Below, piece after piece: positions 35,484-46,340 of a DNA stretch of 64,000 nt. This DNA comes from Camelus dromedarius (taxonomy: Eukaryota). The position numbers and the translations under genes were made by a program. The stretch's first letter is position 1. Every line of letters starts with the position of its first letter. The stretch covers positions 37,758,001-37,822,000 of the forward strand of contig NC_087438.1 in assembly GCF_036321535.1 (NCBI RefSeq). The letters run 5' to 3'. The notes below the pieces were generated by a model. That model did not search any database, had not been told where the DNA came from, and was given only the letters and a program-made list of their open reading frames with translations.

Positions 35484-37407
35484 ACTTTTTTTTCCACCCA
35501 GCTTTATTGAGATATAATAATTGACATATAACATTGTGTAAGGTTAAGTACAACATAATGATTTGATACACATGTATATTGTGAAATGATTACTACAATA
35601 AGATTGCATCACCTCATATAACTACTATGTTTCTTCTTGTAGTGAGAACATTTAAGATCTACAGATCTACTCTCTGCAACTTTCAAGTATATAATACAGT
35701 ATTGTTAACTATAGTCACCGTGCTGTATATTAGATGCCCAGAACATACTCATCTCATAACTAGAAGTTTGTCCTCTTTGACCAACATCCCTCAATTTCTC
35801 TTTNNNNNNNNNNNNNNNNNNNNNNNNNNNNNNNNNNNNNNNNNNNNNNNNNNNNNNNNNNNNNNNNNNNNNNNNNNNNNNNNNNNNNNNNNNNNNNNNN
35901 NNNNNNNNNNNNNNNNNNNNNNNNNNNNNNNNNNNNNNNNNNNNNNNNNNNNGGTTTTCTACTTTTTANNNNNNNNNNNNNNNNNNNNNNNNNNNNNNNN
36001 NNNNNNNNNNNNNNNNNNNNNNNNNNNNNNNNNNNNNNNNNNNNNNNNNNNNNNNNNNNNNNNNNNNNNNNNNNNNNNNNNNNNNNNNNNNNNNNNNNNN
36101 NNNNNNNNNNNNNNNNNNNNNNNNNNNNNNNCATGGTACATATATCTCTTTGACATAGAGATTTTATTTCCTTCAGATTTATACCCATAAGTGGGATTGC
36201 TGATCATATGGTAGTTCTATTTTAATTTTTTGAGGGAACTCCATACTATTTTCCACAGTGGCTCTGTATCAGTTTACATTTTTACCAGCAGTGTACAAGG
36301 GTTCTCTTTTTTCTACATCCTNNNNNNNNNNNNNNNNNNNNNNNNNNNNNNNNNNNNNNNNNNNNNNNNNNNNNNNNNNNNNNNNNNNNNNNNNNNNNNN
36401 NNNNNNNNNNNNNNNNNNNNNNNNNNNNNNNNNNNNNNNNNNNNNNNNNNNNNNNNNNNNNNNNNNNNNNNNNNNNNNNNNNNNNNNNNNNNNNNNNNNN
36501 NAAAAATGGTTACTAGTCTCTTTGATATTGAGTTGTATGAATTCCTGAAGTATTTGGGATATTAGCCCATTTTCTGATATATAGTTTGCAAATATTTTCT
36601 CCCATTTCATAGGTTGTCTTTTAATTTTTTGGATCGTGTCTTTCACTGTGCAAAATCTTTTTAGTTTTAAGTAGTCCTACTTATTTATATTTGCTTTTGT
36701 TTCTTGTGCTTTTGGCGTCATCTCCAAAAAAGTCATTGCCAAGACCAATGTCAGGGAGTTTTTTTGCCTATATTTTCTTCGAGGGAGTTTTATGGTTTTA
36801 GATCTAACATTTAAGTCTTTAATCCATTTCAAGTTAATTTTTATGGGTGGTTTAAGACAGGGGCCCAGTTTCCTCTTTTGCATGTGAATATTAAGTTTTC
36901 CCATCATTGCTTATTGAAAAGAATATTCTTTCCCCATTGAGTATTCTACACCCTCTAGTTGATCATATGTGCATTTTTTCTGGGCTCTTGATTCTGTTCC
37001 ACTGTGTCTGTTTTTATGTTAGAACTATACTGTTTGATTATGATAGCTTTGAAATCAGGAAATGTGATGCCTCCAGCTTTGTTTTTCTTTCTCAAGATTG
37101 TTTTAGTTACTTGGGATCTTTTGTGGTTCCACAAAAATTTTAGGATGGTTTCTTTCTATTTCTGTAAAAAGACATTTTTCACAGAAAGAGATAAAAACTG
37201 GATTTTTTCCTTTTTCCATTTTGGAACTCTTCCAGTTCCAAAATGGAATTTTGATAAGGATTGCATTGAGTCTATCTATGGCTTTGGGAAGTATGTTCAT
37301 TTTTAACAATATTCTTCTTTTCCATGAACATTGGCTATCTTCCATTTATTTGTGTCTCTTCAATTTCTTTCATCATTGTTTTATAGTTTTCAGTTTTCCT
37401 TGGTTAA
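35484..37407 (-). mobile_element. L1 (L1MA-like), 3'UTR plus degenerate ORF2 C-terminal region
   Basis: 3' end CTTTATTGAGATATAATAATTGACATATAAC; minus-strand ORF pieces QKIKRQPMKWEKIFANYIS, KINLKWIKDLNVRSKTIK and ILPKAIDRLNAILIKIP are decayed ORF2 motifs. Confidence 0.95.
35804..36501. other. Three assembly gaps (N runs at 35804-35952, 35969-36131, 36322-36501)
   Basis: N runs of 149, 163 and 180 nt inside the L1. Confidence 0.99.
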
Positions 37408-39559
37408 ATGTAGCTACTTCATATTTCAAATCAGAAAACATAAGCTCAAGCAAAATTACCAAGAGGCTTAGTGAAGGACAAAGAAATATGAAACCCAGCT
37501 ATACATATTCATTATTTGCATCTGCTCATGGGTTTTCCACAAAACTAAATGTTTCCATTGCTTGTGAAAATGACAAACATGTTTCTGAGCATTTTAATGA
37601 GATTATCCTGATATCTTGGTTTTAAAACAGCATCAAAGATAAAATAACCATATAGATAAGATGGTACACTCATGATCGTGGAAATTCTTGTTGGGAGATA
37701 CTGTTTAAGGAGGAAGCTAATTTACCGCTAATTTACTTTGCTATGCTCTTCTGCCATTAAATAGGACCAGAAAGTATGAGCCAGAGAAAATATTTTCTTA
37801 ATAAAAAGTTTCAGCTTGGAAGAGTTAGAGTTGATTCTTCATAATCAAAGTGGTAATAACCTTGGTGTTTCTTGCTGCTAATAGCTCATGTTAATAATTC
37901 AACATTTCCTGTTTGTCGAATTTTAAAGAGAAGTCCTTCAGGAAGATGGTTATGTTTACAAAATGATTCATTCTCTCTTATTGTCCTGAAAATATGATTG
38001 CCCATTTGACTCCAAGTAAGAGTACATTTATTATTTGGTTTTTGGCTTTTTTCTTAAACTATCTTCAGATATTCAATATCTGTCTTTTAGCTTCTGATGA
38101 TTTCCATTTTTATTCTTTTCTTTTTCTCAGCCCTATTGGAAAAGAGAAATGTTCAAGCAAACATGTTGGCTGGAGTTGGTATTAGATTTGGCCATAATGG
38201 ATTGTTTAGAATTTGGTTATCCCAGAAACATACTTGATTCAACACTGCAGGTTGTACCTGCAGCACATTAAATCTAGATATCTATCTACACCAAGTTCTA
38301 TAGGATTTCCCAGTGTGCTGGCACTTAAGTTAAAGTTCCAATGACTGCAGTGTTGTGCTTAAGAGATGAATAGTTCAGTCAAATTGCAAACTCAGGTGAA
38401 AAGTGTATTGCATTTCTGCCATTCCTGGGAACTGTAAGCATACTTAAATTAAGTGGAAACCCTAACTATTTCTTCAAGATAATATTTTTAATTCCCCTTA
38501 ATTTTCCATCATGAATATTTGAAAGATGTTCAAAGAGCTGTGTAAATTAATGCCAGCCTATTAACTCATGAAATTTTGTTGAGGTAAAGTGAAAAACTTA
38601 CAATAAACATTAAAGATACAATTACCACTGCTATACTATAGTATTTTCTTAGGAAGCCAAGGAACATATTATATGCCAGAGCAGTTATAGCATTGAATGA
38701 TTAAGGACAGGTATGCATTTTAACTTCTGGTAAAAGTCTTTGCTTCACTTAATTTGGATAGATTATTGACCAAAGGCCCTTGGTTCAATTTTTTAAAATA
38801 ATATAGAATAAGAAACCTTAATAATAAGTCATTAAATGGAAAAAATTCCCTTTTGCAATGAGAATAAAAGCAGCAGAACATTTAAAATGTTTGGAAAACA
38901 GACATAGTAGGAAGTAGGTATCTGTGAGTAAACTGGCTTAAAATTACTTTGCTTCTGTTACAGTTACAAAGGTGATTGCATTTTTTAAAATGTGTAGAAT
39001 TATTTAAATTATGTAAGTCCTTTGGTTGGAACACGGAGGACTCTTGTAGTCTTTTAGTCAATCTATTTCCAGGGTAACACAATCCTACTGTTAGAAAAGG
39101 GAGGGGGGAGCCAATTAGAGCCCTTGCAAAAGCGGTGAAGCAGGACAAATGAGAATGGTAGCCTTGGGGTAGATAAGTGGCCATCACACTGGTGGTACCC
39201 ACTAGGATCTATTAAGTGATAGTGACTGGCTATTAAACAGCACCAGAAGGAAAGAGTATTTTCTCTAAGATTACTGAACTGCTTAAATCATGGTAAAGCC
39301 TATAGCAGGCCCACCCGGCTAGTCTTCTGAAGCCCTTCCGATACTGAGACAGGACTGTTTGAAACAGAGCTTTAGATATAGCTTTGGGGTACCTAATAGA
39401 TTCTTTGAGCCTTAGTTTTTCTTATCCATAAGATAATTATCATTTTCCTATCTACTTCCAGGGGATTGGTGAAAACCAAGTAACTTGATTTCATGTAATG
39501 TTAAAAGGCTTTGAAGATTGTCAAGTATAACTATAAGATGGTATGATGGTGACATCATA

Positions 39560-39755
39560 ATACATACCATGCTCATTATCTGCAGGCACAGTTTTAGATG
39601 CTATACATATATTATCTTGTTTAATCCTTAAAACAACCCAATGAAGTAGGTAATATTATTATCATCCCTGCTTTATAGATAAAAATGAAACAAAGGACAG
39701 ACTAAATAATTTCCCCAAGGTCACGGTAAGAGATAGAGCCCAGAACCAACCTTGG
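39560..39755 (-). mobile_element. MIR SINE
   Basis: TTAATCCTTAAAACAACCCAATGAAGTAGG...TTTATAGAT...CCCAAGGTCAC. Confidence 0.8.
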
Positions 39756-40088
39756 CAATTGGGTCCCACAACCCTCTAGAACCCCTAGAACCTTTAAGGA
39801 AGTAATTAGGGTTAAATGAGGTCATAAGGACAGGGCCCTAATCCCTTAGGACTGATGTCTTTAATTAGAAGAGAAAGAGACAGCAAGAATGCATATCCAA
39901 AGAGAAAGGGTCTTGTGAGGGTGAGAAGGTGGTCATCTGCAAGCCAAGGAGAGTGGTCTCACCAGAAACCAACCTGCCAACACAGTGATCTTGGACTTCC
40001 AGCCTCCAGAACTGTGAGAAAATTAATTTTTGTGTTTAAGTTACCCAGTCTGTGATATTTTGTTATGTGGCCCAAGCCAACTAATACA
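39756..40088 (+). mobile_element. MLT1A-like solo LTR
   Basis: GGTTAAATGAGGTCATAAGGACAGGGCCCTAATCC...GATCTTGGACTTCCAGCCTCCAGAACTGTGAGAAAAT...CTAATACA. Confidence 0.88.
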
Positions 40089-40699
40089 GCTGGGTTAACT
40101 TCTTGTGGGTCTGAACTTTATTACATTCTGCCTAATAGAACCATAGACTTACCAGGTATGACAGGTCCTGAAACATGAGCATAGCTAAGTGATCCTTTGG
40201 GACCACTGTTTTTTAGTATTTCATACTCAGCTTATTACAGAGGATTGCACTCATATGCAGAAACATAACTGCTGGGTATACCTATCATTATTTTATAGCT
40301 AACAGCAATATAGTTTTTGCTTATCTCTCAGTCTCTATTTCTCACTGGGCCAATAGAAAAAGGTTTCTACTAAAGCAAAAACTGAAATTGGTTTCCCTTT
40401 ACATGTAGGAAACCAAGGGATGTTATTTCTTCTTGATTGAAGATAAATTCATTCCATTTCTGCTAATGCATTCTCAGAACAGGGTACCTAAATCAAACAC
40501 CTGAGTCCTCTAAGTCTTCCTTTACTCTCACTGCCAGGCTCCATCAACCTGGGATAAAAAAAGGTCATACTGTGGTCACATTTCATAATCTGGCCCAGTC
40601 CTTTCCAGAAATTTACTGGAAGCTTAATTTCACTGATCTCAAAATTCCTTTCTTCAATTATTATTATTATTTTAAAATGGAATATTAAATGTTAATATT

Positions 40700-40890
40700 A
40701 AAATTTTTTTTAAATCTTATTTTTCTTAGATATATACTGAAGTATTTATAGATGAAAGGATGATATGTTTGGGATTTGCTTCAAAATCCAGGGTGTGTCA
40801 AGGGATGGGAGCAATAGATATAGCAGGAAATTTATTACACAGTTTTCTCGAATCTCATGTAAATTTGAAAAATTTCATAGCAAGTTAAAT
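40700..40890 (+). mobile_element. L1MC/MD 3' fragment
   Basis: ATATACTGAAGTATTTATAGATGAAAGGATGATATGTTTGGGATTTGCTTCAAAATCCAG. Confidence 0.75.
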
Positions 40891-41559
40891 AATTTTTCTT
40901 CTTTGCAGAGTACGAACACCCAGGAATGTGATAAGTGTGCTCTGAAAGGTCATTGCTAACTCATCAAGGCCATCATTGTATCTTGCACTACCAAGCTTTG
41001 ACCTGCTCAGACCTCATCCCTGGGTTACTTTCTCCTGTTACACTGAGGCAAGGTTCTTCAGCTTCTGTCCAGCAATCACTTGACTGAGGTTATGATCTAT
41101 TACCAGTGATGGGTCTTTCATAACATCTTCTCACCTAGCCTTAGATTTTATCTCACCCTTAGAAGTATAGCTCTTTTTCTGTGTGTTAGGCTTTTTTAGT
41201 TTGTAACTTGTCACCTCCCTGTTGGGAGTCAGGGAGAGAAGTATCAGTTCACTGACAGCACATCTAATCATTTCTATTTGCTGATTCTCCTAACTGTCCC
41301 TACCTCCTGTCCCCCCTCCTCCACCTCCAGTAAGTATCAGACAAAGCTTGTGGTCCTTGATTCTCTATAACTAGAGTATATATCTGTTCCCTCTAGTATT
41401 CTCTCTGGAAGGTCAAGTGTTGACCTTTGTTGCCTAATGTCTTAAAGATAAATCCATGTCTCTCACTCAGTATATGAGCCCTCATTCAAACAAAGCTCCT
41501 ATTGGCCCCATGCCATGTAGTCCCACAACTCATTTATTGTTATCTGAGTTCTTAGTGTC

Positions 41560-41591
41560 TGTGTGTGCGCGCGCACACACACACACACACA
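41560..41591. repeat. Compound (TG)(CG)(CA) dinucleotide repeat
   Basis: TGTGTGTGCGCGCGCACACACACACACACACA. Confidence 0.95.
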
Positions 41592-42649
41592 GAGCAATAG
41601 AATGCTTCCAAAATCTTTCTGACTGTGATTCTTGGTCAGTCCAATTATGTATGATCCATGAACTCATTGACGTATTTGTAGAGAATGATATTCTGGGTAG
41701 TTACTGATTATACCTCCATAAAAATAGACTCCTGCCAACTGTAAGTTAGTTCTGGATTAGTTTTGGAGTGGTTCTGGTGTCAGGCTTATAAACACAGCCT
41801 GAATTGTTTGGGGTACTAGAATTTTAGAATGACTTTTTTTTTTCTCTAAGAACATGATGTTCTTTGGAGACACAGGAAGCACTGGGGAGGGAGCAGGCAG
41901 CTTCCCCTGAAAGGCCATATGTTCAACACTGCCGTGGAGGCTGGTATGATATGAGTAAGTGGAGTGCACTGATATACCAAGCTGGCATTCATAATCCCAA
42001 ATAATAGACTGTGGCCTGGATGACATAATTATGATGCCAGTCTTTCTTCTCTTGAACTTGCCCCTGTGTCCTTTGAAAATGCCTACCTTGGTAAGGTTTA
42101 TTCAGGAGGCAACTTCCTAGTAACAACTGAATTCTGGAAATGGAAATCAAATCCTTGCTCTGTGCGTTAGAAATGATTAAATTTACTGAATATCCTTCCA
42201 GGGAGAACAGTTTGTTTCTGACTCGTTCCTAGTACTTTTTTTTTTTCTCCTTTGACTGTTCATCCCTGAGAGAGGGGACCATTTAAGATTATTAATGACT
42301 AATGAAACTTTAATCATCCTCTGATACACAGATTATTTGGGTATAAAGTAGCTTCTTAGGGATATAAAGTAGAAGTGGGAGAAGCATAATTAAGAGCCAT
42401 ATTTCTTTTAAGGATAAATTCAGTTGGCAAAAGATTTCAGGAAAAACACGGCCTGGCTTTATATGATAAACTCTCTTGATAGATGGTTTCCTTCCTGCAA
42501 GTAAAAGACCTTGGTAAAGTTAGCCCATGCCTTCCTGCAGTCATCTTAGTTGGTGTTTAAAAACATTTAGAGGCAGATAGTTCTTCCTCATAGCTAACCT
42601 CCCTTTCTTCCTTATTTCCTCTTTTTCAGACCTGGAGGAAATGGAACCC

Positions 42650-43050
42650 TCTAGTCACTCTTCTTCATTCAAATAAATAAAGACAGTCCTTTTTTATACA
42701 AGCTAAGTAACTATAGTTTCTTAAATATTTACTTAAAGTGTTTATCTTCTAATTCTTTTATTGTTTTTATATTTTTTGGAGCCTTAATCAGTTTTTATGT
42801 GTACTTGTAAGTTGTGAGTTGTAAGACCCCAAATAGACAAAACATATAGTACTCTAAGTCCTGAATAATAATGCCTAAAGGAGTGAATAATTTCTCCTTT
42901 TTATGTTACTTTTAAGTAACACATTGAAATTTTTAGTCAGCATCTTAATGCCTGACTTTCTGCTACAAAAATCCTGGAAAACCAATAACATTGGTCCCCT
43001 AAACTTTCTGAGTACTTGCATACTCATATTTTAAAATTCTGATTTGCTTG
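42650..43050 (-). mobile_element. L3/CR1 LINE fragment
   Basis: CCCCAAATAGACAAAACATATAGTACTCTAAGTCCTGA...ATTTCTCC... resembles antisense L3 RT region. Confidence 0.55.
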
Positions 43051-44124
43051 ATTTTAATCTGTTAATTCAAAAGGCAATCATTTTATTTTATAAGAATATG
43101 ATCTATTTTTTTCTGATTTTTTGGTAAAAATCAAGTTCACTCTCTTGAACATTAGTATTAAAGCTGGGAATTGGAATTCAGCAATTTCATTACCCCGTCT
43201 TCTTAAACTCACTTCGGACTGTGAAGCATGTAGACCACACCAATTCGAGGGCATAGATGGAATACCTAAAAATCTCCTCGTGACAAAAGATGAGCCATCA
43301 GGTTTTTACTTGTGGTATTATTTTATTTCAGGAAATGTGATTCATTAGGGGGTATTCAAATGATGCTGTCATCAAAGAAATACAACCCAACACAAACATC
43401 ATTTCATGAAGTTATAGATTCTGTATTTATTTTTTTATAATGACAGCAGTATTGTCAAGCTGCACACCCAGATTCTTCTCCATGGACCTCTTCCACTCAA
43501 CACAGCTGTTTTTGTGCCCCTTTCAACTTTGCTTTGAAAATTCCTCACCATTGGCCTTTGTTACTCTTGTTCATCCCTGTCTTTTAGTACTTCAATGTTA
43601 TTCTTTAGTGCAGATAGTCTTTTTAAAAAAAATTGGTCCTAGAAACTAAAAGTTCTTTACATTAAATTTGAGTTAGTATTTTTCATTTTCTGTTTGATCT
43701 TTTCTCTGAAACCTTGGTTTGAATGAGAGATCAAAATAGAAAATAAGCATAAATGAGTTGCTTTTTCCAAAGACAAGATGTTAGCTCAGACACTTATTCA
43801 CATCATTTGCTTAAGAGCTGTAAGGTTGCCTCAGTCTTATTGCATGGAGGACAAATATGAACCATAGGTATGATTATATGTGTACTAGAATTCTTTGTTA
43901 CTGAGCTTTTGGAAACATCAGTGAAATAAGTGCAGACTGGTGATATGTGTTAATATGGTATTTATGTTTCTGGTACCATAGTCCAGAGGCTTGAACACGT
44001 TTTCCCAGACGTTTTTGGAGCATTGGGACCAGTGCTCTGAGAAGTCAGCATAGAGATGCAGGATGCACAAGTGCGCCACTGGTAGAAACATAGAGAACTC
44101 TGCTCATCACAAGTCCACTCAACG

Positions 44125-44490
44125 TTTCTCTCTCTGATCCTCATAACATTCCTATGAAGCAGGTGGGGCAATCCCCAGGTAAGAAGTCAGGGAGACTAAG
44201 GGACTCTTCCAAGTTCACTCACTAATAAGTGGCTTAACAATGACTCAGACTCTGTCCACTGCCCTCCCATTAGACTTGAGCCTCTCACAAGAGGCTTGTT
44301 AACATAGGTCCCAGTATGTTATTCTTGGTTGGAATTCTCTTGATAAGAATTGTCTGGGACATTATTTATTAATTCTAATAATGCTGTGAGGTTGGTGACA
44401 AGTAGTGATGCCTCCTTCACAGAAACCCAAATAAGGTCACTAACGGGTAAAAATGACTTGTCCAAAGGCCAAAGAGAAGCCCAGAATTAT
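44125..44490 (-). mobile_element. Two adjacent MIR fragments
   Basis: GATCCTCATAACATTCCTATGAAGCAGG...TCCAAGTTCACTCACTAATAAGTGGC; second AATGACTTGTCCAAAGGCC. Confidence 0.6.
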
Positions 44491-46279
44491 ATCAGAATAG
44501 GTTTGTGTTAGCAGAGAATACTGTCCACATGGGCCAGTATTAAAGAAACTGACTTATGAGAATTCAGAATCCCATCAAGCTCCAGAGTGTTCATCATTCA
44601 ACATTTACATGTCATCTGAGCCAAAGAGATACACATAAGTTAACTGGATTGATGGTTTGGTTGATATCAGAATTAATTGATGTTTATAACCTGAATATAG
44701 GGAGGTGGGCTGTGTAGCAGTCCTATTTACACTCTCTTCAAGTATGGAGTCAGTACGTAGTGAATACCAAAGAGTTTAGGGCTGATGACAAGATTCCAGG
44801 GACTGTTAAAGGCTCTAAGGCTCTGGTTGTTAATTCCTTCAAGTATTGCTAAGAAGACAGTTTCTAGTCTTACATAGTTTCTTCGGGATCAGGGAGAAGA
44901 GCTGTTCTTGATGTCCCTAGATGTTGGCTAAAATAATCGGTTCAAACTCATCCTTGTTACCTTGGATGTTAATTGTCTTCCATAGAATTATCGTTCAACC
45001 ACATGAAGATTTAAGATTGAGTATTAAAGTGTTTAAGAGAATCCAGACTACACTTGGAAATTTTTTTGTGTTAAAACAATGAGTAAGTATTTGGAATGCA
45101 AAAAAGTTTTGAATACTTTAAAAAAGAATTTTAGCCTATTATAGCAACCGCCTTGTAAATTAAAATTAAAACTCATAATTCAGTTACTAATTAAGATTTG
45201 TGATCTTAAGAAGAAATCTTTCTTAATTTATGTACTGTTTTGAAACATATAAAAATACTAAGTTCCACAGTGTTTTTAAGTTGGTTAGATTTATAAGAAA
45301 AATTAATATTCAAGATAATTTTTTTTTATTTCAAAGAAAAAAGCACTTAAAAAGGAAATGAAACATAAAATGTAGTTTAAAATTTTTGGACTAAGTTTTT
45401 TAAATGGGAACTCCTTCTAAATGATTTTTCTTTAATTTGCTAGACATAAAGTAATAACACTTGGCTAAATGTATAAGCTTAAGAAATAACTAGATTTTTC
45501 TCATCTAAAACTTTAATAAACTAAGTATTTATTTTTTAAACAAAAGTAAATCTCTGTTTTTGCTCAGTACAAAAATCACTCTCATGAGAACCATAAAAAT
45601 CTCATTAACACTGCATTGTACTACATGATATCTATTTATTTTGGTAATTTTAAAACTTTTTCTTCAACTGTTTCCATTTTGTTTGTCCTAGTTCTCTAAG
45701 AAAAAATCTGGAGAAGACTTTGGTGCCCATTTAACATGTAAAATTTCACCATATGGAAAAGAAAAATTAAAATCTGTCACCAAAATGATAGCTCCCTTGA
45801 AAACATCATTGTGAGTCAAGAAAGTCTGGCTCAACTCAAATAGCACCAAGGGATTTATGTAAGGAATCAGTGACTTCTCCAGTCCATCAAATCCATCCCT
45901 AGAGGCCCACCCAGCCCCTTTCACACATTCCACACAGACATATACAAATCTCATCTCATTTCAGTTTGGCTTATATATACAGGCTTTTGTTGGTGAAAAT
46001 AAAACCTATGAGAATGCCCAGTAATTGTGAAAAGGTTATGTTTCATGAGATTTTCTTTTCAAAGTCCTCATTCCATTTTAATTATGTAAAAAAATTCTTT
46101 CATCGAAGGGGAATATGTGATCTACAGTTCTAACAATTTGGTGACAATTTCAGTTTTTATTTGGGGAAGTTTTCAAGCAGTGAACTTGTATTGAGTGTCA
46201 GTCATATGAGTAAAGAATTCGAAAAGAGCTTCTCCTTTCTGGGACAGACAAGGGATCTCTAACTACCCTCTGAGTGTGA

Positions 46280-46340
46280 GTGTGTGTATGTGTGTGTGTG
46301 TGTGTGTGTGTGCACGCACGCGCGCGCATGTGTGTGTGTA
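46280..46340. repeat. Compound (TG)n-(CG)n-(TG)n alternating purine-pyrimidine tract
   Basis: 61 nt of unbroken purine/pyrimidine alternation. Confidence 0.95.

Noticed and set aside
35627-37625. Longest ORFs in the track (up to 187 aa)
   Set aside because: Inflated by N runs, or antisense and sense pieces of a frameshifted L1 ORF2; not functional genes
38245-38263. Short perfect hairpins (CTGCAGGT-TGT-ACCTGCAG; similar 8-bp arms near 42900 and a 12-bp palindrome near 50015)
   Set aside because: Arms of 6-8 bp are expected by chance at this scale and are too short for miRNA precursors
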